A stretch of DNA of 64,000 nt from Squalus acanthias (Eukaryota): positions 2,792,001 to 2,856,000 of the forward strand of contig JASTWF010000036.1 in assembly GCA_030390025.1 (NCBI GenBank), given 5' to 3'. The position numbers and the translations under genes were made by a program. A model generated the notes under the pieces. That model worked only from the letters and a program-made list of their open reading frames with translations. It had not been told where the DNA came from and made no database searches. Below are positions 16,401-29,132 of the stretch, piece after piece; within the stretch, counting starts at the first letter, position 1, and the number at the start of each line of letters is the position of its first letter.

Positions 16401-19400
16401 GACACACTCCCGGGGACCCCCTGTAAATACTGACACACTCCCGGGGACCCCCTGTAAATACTGACACACTCCCGGGGACCCCCTGTAAATACTGACACAC
16501 TCCCGGGGACCCCCTGTAAATACTGACACACTCCCGGGGACCCCTGTAAATACTGACACACTCCCGGGGACCCCCTGTAAATACTGACACACTCCCGGAG
16601 ACCCCCTGTAAATACTGACACACTCCCGGGGACCCCCTGTAAATACTGACACACTCCCGGGGACCCCCTGTAAATACTGACACACTCCAGGGGACCCCCT
16701 GTAAATACTGACACACTCCCGGGGACCCCCTGTAAATACTGACACACTCCCGGGGACCCCCTGTAAATACTGACACACTCCCGGGGACCCCCTGTAAATA
16801 CTGACACACTCCCGGGGACCCCCTGTAAATACTGACACACTCCCGGGGACCCACTGTAAATACTGACACTCCCGGGGACCCACTGTAAATATTGACACAC
16901 TCCCGGGGACCCCTGTAAATACTGACACACTCCCGGGGACCCCCTGTAAATACTGACACACTCCCGGGGACCCCCTGTAAATACTGACACACTCCCGGGG
17001 ACACACTGTAAATATTGACACACTCCCGGGGACCCCCTGTAAATACTGACACACTCCCGGGGACCCCCTGTAAATACTGACACACTCCTAGAGACCCCCT
17101 GTAAATACCTGACACACTCCCGAGGACCCCCTGTAAATACTGACACACTGCCCGGGGACCCCCTGTACATACTTACACTCCCGGGGACCCCCTGTAAATA
17201 CCTGACACACTCCTGGGGACCCACTGTAAATACTGACACACTCCCGGGGACCCCTGTAAATACTGACACACTCCCGGGGACCCCCTGTAAATACTGACAC
17301 ACTCCCGGGACCCCCTGTAAATACTGACACACTCCCGGGGACCCCCTGTAAATACTGACACACTCCCGGGGACCCCTGTAAATACTGACACACTCCCAGG
17401 AGACCCCCTGTAAATACTGACACACTCCCGGGGACCCCCTGTAAATACTGACACACTCCCGGGGACCCCTGTAAATACTGACACACTCCCGGGGAACCCC
17501 TGTAAATACTGACACACTCCAGGGACCCCCTGTAAATACTGACACACTCCCGGGACCCCCTGTAAATACTGACACACTCCCAGGGACCCCCTGTAAATAC
17601 TGACACACTCCCGGGGACCCACTGTAAATACTGACACACTCCCGGGGACCCCCTGTAAATACTGACACACTCCCGGGGACCCCCTGTAAATACTGACACA
17701 CTCCCGGGACCCCCTGTAAATACTGACACACTCCCGGGGACCCCCTGTAAATACTGACACACTCCCGGGGACCCCTGTAAATACTGACACACTCCCGAGG
17801 ACCCCCTGTAAATACTGACACACTCCCGGGGACCCCCTGTAAATACTGACACACTCCCGGGGACCCCCTGTAAATACTGACACACTCCCGGGGACCCACT
17901 GTAAATACTGACACACTCCCGGGGACCCCCTGTAAATACTGACACACTCCCGGGGACCCCCTGTAAATACTGACACACTCCCGGGGACCCCCTGTAAATA
18001 CTGACACACTCCCGGGGACCCCCTGTAAATACTGACACACTCCCGGGGACCCACTGTAAATACTGACACACTCCCGGGGACCCCCTGTAAATACTGACAC
18101 ACTCCCGGGGACCCCTGTAAATACTGACACACTCCCAGGGACCCCCTGTAAATACTGACACTCCCGGGGACCCCTGTAAATACTGACACACTCCCGGGGA
18201 CGCCCTGTAAATACTGACACACTCCCGGGGACCCCCTGTAAATACTGACACACTCCTGGGGACCCCCTGTAAATACTGACACACTCCCGGGGACCCCCTG
18301 TAAATACTGACACACTCCCGGGACCCCCTGTAAATACTGACACACTCCCGGGGACCCCCTGTAAATACTGACACACTCCCGGGGACCCCCTGTAAATACT
18401 GACACACTCCCGGGGACCCCCTGTAAATACTGACACACTCCCGGGGACCCCCTGTAAATACTGACACACTCCCGGGGACACCCTGTAAATACTGACACAC
18501 TCCCGGGGACCCCCTGTAAATACTGACACACTCCCGGGGACCCCCTGTAAATACTGACACACTCCCGGGACCCCCTGTAAATACTGACACACTCCCGGGG
18601 ACCCCCTGTAAATACTGACACACTCCCGGGGACCCCTGTAAATACTGACACACTCCCGGGGACCCCCTGTAAATACTGACACACTCCCGGGGACCCCCTG
18701 TAAATACTGACACACTCCCGGGGACCCCCTGTAAATACTGACACACTCCCGGGGACCCCTGTAAATACTGACACACTCCCGGGGACCCCCTGTAAATACT
18801 GACACACTCCCGGGGACCCCTGTAAATACTGACACACTCCCGGGACCCCCTGTAAATACTGACACACTCCCGGGACCCCCTGTAAATACTGACACACTCC
18901 CGGGGACCCCCTGTAAATACTGACACACTCCCGGGGACCCCCTGTAAATACTGACACACTCCGGGGACCCACTGTAAATACTGACACACTCCCGGGGACC
19001 CCCTGTAAATACTGACACACTCCCGGGACCCCCTGTAAATACTGACACACTCCCGGGACCCCTGTAAATACTGACACACTCCCGGGGACCCCCTGTAAAT
19101 ACTGACACACTCCCGGGGACCCCTGTAAATACTGACACACTCCCGGGGACCCCCTGTAAATACTGACACACTCCCGGGGACCCCTGTAAATACTGACACA
19201 CTCCCGGGGACCCCCTGTAAATACTGACACACTCCCGGGACCCCTGTAAATACTGACACACTCCCGGGGACCCCTGTAAATACTGACACACTCCCGGGGA
19301 CCCCCTGTAAATACTGACACACTCCCGGGGACCCCTGTAAATACTGACACACTCCTGGGGACCCCCTGTAAATACTGACACACTCCCGGGGACCCCTGTA

Positions 19401-22400
19401 AATACTGACACACTCCCGGGGACCCCCTGTAAATACTGACACACTCCCGGGGACCCCCTGTAAATACTGACACACTCCCGGGGACCCCCTGTAAATACTG
19501 ACACACTCCGGGGACCCCCTGTAAATACTGACACACTCCCGGGGACCCCCTGTAAATACTGACACACTCCCGGGGACCCCCTGTAAATACTGACACACTC
19601 CCGGGGACCCCCTGTAAATACTGACACACTCCCGGGGACCCCCTGTAAATACTGACACACTCCCGGGACCCCCTGTAAATACTGACACACTCCCGGGGAC
19701 CCCTGTAAATACTGACACACTCCCGGGGACCCCTGTAAATACTGACACACTCCCGGGGACCCCCTGTAAATACTGACACACTCCCGGGACCCCCTGTAAA
19801 TACTGACACACTCCCGGGGACCCCCTGTAAATACTGACACACTCCCGGGGACCCCTGTAAATACTGACACACTCCCGGGGACCCCCTGTAAATACTGACA
19901 CACTCCCGGGGACACCCTGTAAATACTGACACACTCCAGGGACCCCCTGTAAATACTGACACACTCCCGGGGACCCCCTGTAAATACTGACACACTCCCG
20001 GGGACCCCTGTAAATACTGACACACTCCCGGGGACCCCCTGTAAATACTGACACACTCCGGGGACCCCCTGTAAATACTGACACACTCCCGGGGACCCCC
20101 TGTAAATACTGACACACTCCCGGGGACCCCCTGTAAATACTGACACACTCCCGGGGACCCCTGTAAATACTGACACACTCCCGGGACCCCCTGTAAATAC
20201 TGACACACTCCCGGGGACCCCCTGTAAATACTGACACACTCCCGGGGACCCCCTGTAAATACTGACACACTCCCGGGGACCCCCTGTAAATACTGACACA
20301 CTCCCGGGGACCCCCTGTAAATACTGACACACTCCCGGGGACCCCCTGTAAATACTGACACACTCCCGGGACCCCCTGTAAATACTGACACACTCCCGGG
20401 GACCCCCTGTAAATACTGACACACTCCCGGGACCCCTGTAAATACTGACACACTCCCAGAGACCCCCTGTAAATACTGACACACTCCCGGGGACCCCCTG
20501 TAAATACTGACACACTCCCGGGGACCCCCTGTAAATACTGACACACTCCCGGGGACCCCTGTAAATACTGACACACTCCCGGGGACCCCCTGTAAATACT
20601 GACACACTCCCGGGGACCCCCTGTAAATACTGACACACTCCCGGGACCCCCTGTAAATACTGACACACTCCCGGGGACCCCCTGTAAATACTGACACACT
20701 CCCGGGGACCCCCTGTAAATACTGACACACTCCCGGGACCCCCTGTAAATACTGACACACTCCCGGGGACCCCTGTAAATACTGACACACTCCCAGGGAC
20801 CCCCCTGTAAATACTGACACACTCCCGGGGACCCCTGTAAATACTGACACACTCCCGGGTACCCCTGTAAACACTGACACACTCCCGGGGACCCATTTAA
20901 ATACTGACACACTCCGGGGACCCCCTGTAAATACTGACACACTCCCGGGGACCCCCTGTAAATACTGACACACTCCCGGGGACCCCCTGTAAATACTGAC
21001 ACACTCCCGGGGACCCCCTGTAAATACTGACACACTCCCGGGGACCCCCTGTAAATACTGACACACTCCCGGGGACCACTGTAAATACTGACACACTCCC
21101 AGGGACCCCCTGTAAATACTGACACACTCCCGGGGACCCCCTGTAAATACTGACACACTCCCAGAGACCCCCTGTAAATACTGACACACTCCCGAGGACC
21201 CCCTGTAAATACTGACACACTCCCGGGGACCCCCTGTAAATACTGACACACTCCCGGGGACCCCCTGTAAATACTGACACACTCCGGGGACCCCTGTAAA
21301 TATTGACACACTCCCGGGGACCCCCTGTAAATACTGACACACTCCCGGGGACACCCTGTAAATACTGACACACTCCCGGGACCCCCTGTAAATACTGACA
21401 CACTCCCGGGGACCCCCTGTAAATACTGACACACTCCCGGGGACGCCCTGTAAATACTGACACACTCCCGGGGACCCCCTGTAAATACTGACACACTCCC
21501 GGGGACCCCCTGTAAATACTGACACACTCCCGGGGACCCCCTGTAAATACTGACACACTCCCGGGACCCCCTGTAAATACTGACACACGCCCAGGGACCC
21601 CCTGTAAATACTGACACACTCCCAGGGACCCCCTGTAAATACTGACACTCACCTGGGGACCCACTGTAAATACTGACACACTCCCGGGACCCCCTGTAAA
21701 TACTGACACACTCCCGGGGACCCCCTGTAAATACTGACACACTCCCGGGGTCGTCCTGTAAATACTGACACACTCCCAGAGACCCCCCTGTAAATACTGA
21801 CACACTCCCGGGGACCCCCTGTAAATACTGACACACTCCCGGGGATCCCCTGTAAATACTGACACATCCCGGGGACCCCCTGTAAATACTGACACTCTCC
21901 CGGGGACCCACTGTAAATATTGACTCTCCCGGGGACCCACTGTAAATATTGACACACTCCCGGGGACCCCCTGTAAGTACTGACACACTCCCGGGGACCC
22001 CCTGTAAATACTGACACACTCCCGGGGACCCCCTGTAAATACTGACACTCTCCCGGGGACACACTGTAAATATTGACACACTCCCGGGGACCCCCTGTAA
22101 ATACTGACACACTCCCGGGGACCCCCTGTAAATACTGACACACTCCCAGAGAACCCCCTGTAAATACCGACACACTCCCGAGGATCCCCTGTAAATACTG
22201 ACACATGCCCAGAGACCCCCTGTACATACTAACACTCCCAGGGACCCCCTGTAAATACTGACACTCTCCTGGGGACCCACTGTAAATACTGACACACTCC
22301 CGGGGACCCCCTGTAAATACTGACACACTCCCGGGGACCCCCTGTAAATACTGACACACTCCCGGGGACCCCTGTAAATACTGACACACTCCCGGGGACC

Positions 22401-24513
22401 CCCTGTAAATACTGACACACTCCCGGGACCCCCTGTAAATACTGACACACTCCCGGGACCCCCTGTAAATACTGACACACTCCCGGGACCCCCTGTAAAT
22501 ACTGACACACTCCCGGGGACCCCCTGTAAATACTGACACACTCCCGGGGACCCCCTGTAAATACTGACACACTCCCGGGGAACCCCTGTAAATACTGACA
22601 CACTCCCGGGACCCCCTGTAAATACTGACACACTCCCGGGGACCCCCTGTAAATACTGACACACTCCCGGGGACCCCCTGTAAATACTGACACACTCCCG
22701 GGGACCCCTGTAAATACTGACACACTCCCGGGGACCCCCTGTAAATACTGACACACTCCCGGGGACCCCCTGTAAATACTGACACACTCCCGGGGACCCC
22801 CTGTAAATACTGACACACTCCCGGGGACCCCCTGTAAATACTGACACACTCCCGGGGACCCCTGTAAATACTGACACACTCCCGGGGACCCCCTGTAAAT
22901 ACTGACACACTCCCGGGGACCCCCTGTAAATACTGACACACTCCCGGGGACCCCTGTAAATACTGACACACTCCCGGGGACCCCCTGTAAATACTGACAC
23001 ACTCCCGGGGACCCCCTGTAAATACTGACACACTCCCGGGACCCCCTGTAAATACTGACACACTCCCGGGGACCCCCTGTAAATACTGACACACTCCCGG
23101 GGACCCCCTGTAAATACTGACACACTCCCGGGGACCCCCTGTAAATACTGACACACTCCCGGGACCCCCTGTAAATACTGACACACTCCCGGGACCCCCT
23201 GTAAATACTGACACACTCCCGGGGACCCCCTGTAAATACTGACACACTCCCGGGGACCCCCTGTAAATACTGACACACTCCCGGGGACCCCCTGTAAATA
23301 CTGACACACTCCCGGGGACCCCCTGTAAATACTGACACACTCCCGGGGACCCCCTGTAAATACTGACACACTCCCGGGACCCCCTGTAAATACTGACACA
23401 CTCCCGGGGACCCCCTGTAAATACTGACACACTCCCGGGGACCCCTGTAAATACTGACACACTCCCGGGACCCCCTGTAAATACTGACACACTCCCGGGG
23501 ACCCCCTGTAAATACTGACACACTCCCGGGGACCCCCTGTAAATACTGACACACTCCCGGGGACCCCTGTAAATACTGACACACTCCCGGGGACCCCTGT
23601 AAATACTGACACACTCCCGGGACCCCCTGTAAATACTGACACACTCCCGGGGACCCCTGTAAATACTGACACACTCCCGGGGACCCCCTGTAAATACTGA
23701 CACACTCCCGGGGACCCCCTGTAAATACTGACACACTCCCGGGACCCCCTGTAAATACTGACACACTCCCGGGGACCCCTGTAAATACTGACACACTCCG
23801 GGGACCCCTGTAAATACTGACACACTCCCGGGGACCCCCTGTAAATACTGACACACTCCCGGGGACCCCCTGTAAATACTGACACACTCCCGGGGACCCC
23901 CTGTAAATACTGACACACTCCCGGGACCCCCTGTAAATACTGACACACTCCCGGGGACCCCCTGTAAATACTGACACACTCCCGGGGACCCCCTGTAAAT
24001 ACTGACACACTCCCGGGGACCCCCTGTAAATACTGACACACTCCCGGGGACCCCCTGTAAATACTGACACACTCCCGGGGACCCCCTGTAAATACTGACA
24101 CACTCCCGGGGACCCCCTGTAAATACTGACACACTCCCGGGGACCCCCTGTAAATACTGACACACTCCCGGGGACCCCCTGTAAATACTGACACACTCCC
24201 GGGGACCCCCTGTAAATACTGACACACTCCCGGGGACCCCCTGTAAATACTGACACAGTCCCGGGACCCCCTGTAAATACTGACACACTCCAGGGGACAC
24301 CTTGTAAATACTGACACACTCCCGGGACCCCCTGTAAATACTGACACACTCCCGAGGACCCCCTGTAAATACTGACACATTCCCGGGGACCCCTGTAAAT
24401 ACTGACACACTCCAGGGGACACCTTGTAAATACTGACACACTCCTGGGGACCCCCTGTAAATACTGACACACTCTCCGGGAAGACCCCTGCCAATACCGA
24501 CACACTCCCAGAG
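1480..24513. repeat. Giant 31-bp tandem array (minisatellite/satellite), ~23 kb, ~740-750 units
   Basis: Consensus CTGTAAATACTGACACACTCCCGGGGACCCC repeats head to tail. Variant units and 29-32 bp length variants occur, and both ends are degenerate. Copy number is estimated as length divided by unit size. Confidence 0.99.
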
Positions 24514-25258
24514 TGGGGGGGGGGGCGGGGTTGGGGAGGAAGAGGGCCCAAAATGCAACACATGGTGACATGAACACGTGTCCACGTGCTGTCGTGACAT
24601 TGGTACTGGGAATTGGACTGCCAGTTAAAATGGCACATTTACTGGGGACAGATAGACCAGTGGCAGAAGATCCAGTTAATGAAAGGGGATCTTCCTGGCC
24701 ACTGGTCTTAACTAATCCAGTGACTAAGTTTAGTTTACCACTCGCCGCGCAAGACCAGTGTATCAGGACCCAAGAGCACGGGAAAAATATTTAAAAGTTA
24801 AAAGCGGCAATGAGATGAGTGTTCAGTTGATGTGTGATCTTTTTCAGTGGTATTCGTTGAAGGAAGAATGTTGGCCAGGACATAATATAGTTCACACCCT
24901 CAATGCTTGCATTCTGGCCATAAATATGATGTTTTAATTATTTACAATTCCAAAAAGTACACAACTTAGAATCATAGGCCGGGATTTTGCTGACCTCAGC
25001 AGGTCTGTAGTGGGCGATGTCGGTGGAGGGTCCCGACCCCACTGCTGGCTCCAGCCCGCTCTGTGAAATTATTTTACCTTGATAGGGCTTGTTAAGCCTG
25101 CCCAGCGCATTTCCCGGTCCATTAGAGGAAACAGGTCTGGTGACGTCATTCATGACATGTCATCAGCCGGTTTCCTTAAAGGGACCATGGCCAACTTTAT
25201 TTTGACATTTGTGCTGTCAGTGTTCTACAGCATTGAGGTGCTGCAAACACTGACAATC

Positions 25259-25497
25259 ACGGCACAAAGGCACAGGGCTGCACCCAGGCTCTCCCATGGC
25301 TCCTTCCATATGCTTATGGAGGGAGTCACAGCACGCAAGGAGGTCCTCTTCCCTTCCCACGAGCGGAAGAGACCTCCCTTAGAGATCAACACAGCCTGGT
25401 TGCACATTGCAGAGGAGGGCACAAGCAGGGATGTGGCCAGGAGGACCTGGGTGCAGTGCTGCAAATGTTTCAATGATCTCAATAGATCAAGAAACGC
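25259..25497 (+). pseudogene. Myb/SANT-like (trihelix) DNA-binding domain exon of the Harbinger element (NAIF1/MSANTD-like)
   Basis: Translation RAAPRLSHGSFHMLMEGVTARKEVLFP...AWLHIAEE...RRTWVQCCKCFNDL matches the Harbinger Myb-like pattern (R-F/L-S...LF...AW..IA...RTW.QC.K.FNDL). The probable start codon reads ACG. Confidence 0.75.
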
Positions 25498-26419
25498 TAG
25501 TATAAAGCCACACTCAACCTCATCCCGCTGTGCCTCTCATCACATCCCCATCACTCTGCCTTCCCTACCCTGCTCCTGCACATCCTTACTCACACCAACT
25601 TACCTTGCACCTCCACCCATCCCTCTCTATCTATATTATCACATCCCCATCTCACTAGCCACCCCTCACACTCACCCTCATCCTAGTGCAATCATACCAA
25701 CTAACAACACACAAGGGTAGGTACTTGGGTGTTTTATCCAATGTTCATGTAATGTTTCTGTTACTGTGGTGTCAAACATTGAAACCTTTATTTTCAACAC
25801 TTTGCGTTCTTAGACAGATTTGTGTGCACCTTTGGAAGTGGCTTAGCGAGTTGCAGTGAGTGGTGAGACATAACGGTACCCGCCCCCCACCCCCCCCTGC
25901 AATGGTGATGAGTGTGACAGGAATGGCTTGGGCATTGTAGGGATGCTTTATGGTGTTGGTGTGGGGTGTTGCCAACCTGGCGCATCATGTGGCAGCCAGG
26001 GTGTCCAGCGTCAAGTGAAGTACATCTGGCCATGGTGAGGCCATCCCTGGCCAGGTCAGGTGCTGATGTCCTGTGCAGCATCAGGTGATTGCGGAGAAGG
26101 TTGGTGGTGTTGTTGTTGGTGCTGATGGTGCTGCTGGTGTTGGGGCTGATCGTGGTGGGATTCTGAGGACCAAGGTGAGAGAGTATAAAGGGCACCTATG
26201 CTGATGGAATAGATGGCAGGTGAAGTAGAGAGGACAGAAGCGATCTGTCAATGGTCAGAGAGGTAATGAGGTCAGACTGGATGGAGACTTGTGTAAAGAC
26301 TTGCAGCATGGTGAATCTGTAGTGGAAATGCAGTGAGGAAGAGCTTGTAGCTGAGGGAAGATATCTCTGTAAGGTGGGAGCTTTTACTGTACATTTGAAG
26401 CTGTCAACTCAACAGCTGA

Positions 26420-26700
26420 TCCAAAAATGTGTGGGTTAGGTTGATTTGGCTATGATAAATTGACCCTTAGTGTTAAGGGGGATTAAATATGTGGGGTTAT
26501 GGGGATAGGATGGGATATGTTAGGGGGAATTAAATACGTGGGGTTACGGGGGTAGGGTGGGATATGTGTACTGTGGGGATTAAAGCAGGGACAGGGTACT
26601 GGATTTGGATGATCAGCCATGATCGTATTGAATGGCGGAGCAGGCTCGACGGGCCGAATGGCCTACTCCTGCTCCTAGATTCTATGTTTCTATGTTTCTA
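26420..26700 (+). mobile_element. 5'-truncated HE1-like V-SINE inserted in the Harbinger element
   Basis: Nearly identical to 49083-49363 and absent from the second Harbinger copy. Ends in a (TTCTATGT)n tail. Confidence 0.9.
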
Positions 26701-27009
26701 ATGGCCACTGAACTCCCGCCTCAGCTTGACAGACAGGGTCCACGACCAGCTTGGACCCCATGGGCGAGCTGTCAAATGCAGAAGGTGAGCTCAAATACAT
26801 TCTTAAGTGGCTCTAAACAAGCCACTAATGACCTGAATTGGGTCCTCTGCCACTGCCTGTCGGGTCTGCTCAGCGCTCACTGACCCGACATCGGGGAAAG
26901 GCGCGTGGTGGCAGGTTCACAGCGGGGTCCCGACCCGCTGGGGAAAAAAACACTTTCCCACCCGACCCGCCACTGATTGCGCCCGCTGATCCCCCAGAAA
27001 ATTCCAGCC

Positions 27010-27330
27010 ATAGAATCTCACAACACAGAAGGAGGCTATTTGACCTGTTGTGCCTGTGCCGGCTCTTTGAAAGAGCTGTCCAATCAGTCCCAGTCCCCAG
27101 CTTTTTCCCCATGACTCTGCAAATTAGTCCTCTTCAAGTACATGTCCAATTGCCTTTTGAAAGTTCCTATGGATTCTGATTCCACGACTCTTTCAGGTAG
27201 TGTGCGTTCCAGATCATTACAACACTCAGAGAATTTATTTTCCTCCTATCCCCTCAAGTTCTTTTGGCAATTATTTTAAATTGGTGACTTCTGGTTACTG
27301 ATCCACTTGTCAGACGAAACAAGTTACAAA
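27010..27330 (-). mobile_element. CR1 LINE 3' end fragment, with its tail split by the Harbinger insertion
   Basis: ATAGAATC tail followed by CACAGAAGGAGGC...GGCTCTTTGAAAGAGC. Homologous to 33750-34218 and 40770-40865. Confidence 0.7.
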
Positions 27331-27565
27331 TGTTTACCTGATTATGGCAGCACACACCTTCCCCCCAGATAAAAGTAACTTCTCCCTCGAGGTATTTTCA
27401 GTCCCATTTGAAATTGAAGGAGGCAAAAATCAAACAATTGTAGTGATGCCCGAATTACGGCAAATCAGTGCAAAAATCTCTCATAAAATAGTACACAACA
27501 CACTCAAATCAACTGTGAAATGCTAACCTTTTAGCTACAGGACACTGTCTGTCCAAGAATCACTC

Positions 27566-28553
27566 TTTTTTTAAAAATTTGTTTATGGGATGTGTGCGTT
27601 GCTGGCAAGGACAGCATTTATTGCCCATCCCTAATTGCCTTTGAGAAGGTGGTGGTGAGCCGCCTTCTTGAACCGCTGCAGACCGTGTGGTGATGGTACT
27701 CCCACAGTGCTGTTAGGGAGGGAGTTCCAGGATTTTGATCCAGCGACGATGAAGGATCAACGATATATTTCTAAGTCAGGATGGTGTGTGACTTGGAGGG
27801 GAACTTGGAGGTGGTGGTGTTCCCATGCGCCTACTGCCCTTGTCATTCTAGGTGGAAGAGGTCACGGGTTTGGGAGGTGCTGCCGAAGAAGCCTTGATGA
27901 GTTGCTGCAGTGCATCTTGTAGATGGTACACACTGCAGCCACGGTGCGCCGGTGGTGGAGGGAGTGAATGTTTAAGGTGGTGGATGGGGTGCCAATCAAG
28001 CGGGCTGCTTTTTCCTGGATAGTATTGAGCTTCTTGAGTGTTGTTGGGGCTGCACTCATCCAGGCAAGTGGAGATTATTCCATCACACTCCTTACTTGTG
28101 CCTTGTAGATGGTGGAAAGGCTTTGGGGTGTCAGGAGGTGAGACACTCGCCGCAGAATACCTAGCCTCTGACCTGCTCTTGTTGCCACAGTATTTATGTG
28201 GCTGGTCCAGTTAAGTTTCTGGTCAATGGTGACCCCCAGGATGTTGATGGTGGGGTATTCGGCGATGGTAATGCCGTTGAATGTCAAGGGGCGGTGGTTA
28301 GACTCTCGCTTGTTGGAGATAGTCATTGCCTGGCACTTCTGTGGCGCGAATGTTACCTGCCACTTACCAGCCCAAGCCTGAACGTCGTCCAGGTCTTGTT
28401 GCATGCGGGCATGGACTGCTTCATTATCTGAGGAGTTGTGAATGGCGCTGAACACTGTGCAGTCATCAGCGAACATTCCCATTTCTGACTTTATGTTGGA
28501 GGGAAGGTCATTGATGAAGCAGCTGAAGATGGTTGGGACTAGGACACTGCCCT
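27566..28553 (-). mobile_element. CR1-group non-LTR retrotransposon (family B), 3' part: RT C-terminus and 3' UTR
   Basis: ORF 28075-28482 has MFADD...QDLD...W...F...KC...LGVTID..LNW..HI. It continues in 27862-28059, and the end is A-rich. Confidence 0.9.
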
Positions 28554-28790
28554 ATGTTAATAAAGGATGGAATCACTGCAATAGTGAGAAATGATATTGG
28601 GTCAAAGGATCAGGATAGTGAAACAGTTTGGGTGGAGATAAGGAATAATAAGGGGAAAAAGTCACTAGTGGGCGTAGTCTATAGGCCTCCTAACAGTTGT
28701 AACTCTATTGGTCGGAGTATAAATCAGGAAATAGTTGGGGCTTGTAATAAGGGAACAGCTATAATCATGGGAGATTTTAACTTTCATATT

Positions 28791-28950
28791 AACTTTCGGG
28801 TTAGGTTGATTTGGCTATGATAAATTGACCCTTAGTGTTAGGGGGGATTAAATACGTGGGGTTACGGGGATAGGGTGGGATATGTGTCGGTGCAGGCTCG
28901 ATGGGCCGAAATGGCCTCTATCTGCACTGTGGGGATTCTGTGATTCTGTG
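28791..28950 (+). mobile_element. 5'-truncated HE1-like SINE with a (GATTCTGT)n tail, inside the CR1 endonuclease region
   Basis: TSD ATATT at 28786-28790 and 28951-28955. The body matches the SINE at 49095-49230. Confidence 0.85.
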
Positions 28951-29132
28951 ATATTGACTGGACAAATCAAATTGGGCAGGGCAGCCTTGAGGAAGAGTTC
29001 ATAGAGTGCATTAGGGACAGGTTCCTTGAGCAGTATGTTACTGAACCAACCAGGGGGCAGGCAATCTTAGATCTGGTCCTGTGTAATGAGACAGGATTAA
29101 TAAAAAATGTCCTAGTAAAGGATCCCCTTGGA

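Larger units (their letters stand above)
24977..27009. mobile_element. Non-autonomous PIF/Harbinger DNA transposon (internal deletion derivative), copy 1
   Basis: Imperfect 12-bp TIRs GGCCGGGATTTT and AAAATTCCAGCC. 3-bp TSD ATA at 24974-24976 and 27010-27012. Contains a Myb/SANT-like exon. Colinear with the copy at 53472-55172. Confidence 0.85.

Noticed and set aside
1480..24513. CRISPR array
   Set aside because: Repeats are directly adjacent with no unique spacers, there are no cas genes and the context is vertebrate.
1423..24638. Giant minus-strand ORFs as protein-coding genes
   Set aside because: They are open in all three frames because the unit has no stop triplet. Unit length is not a multiple of 3, indels are frequent and there is no unique domain.
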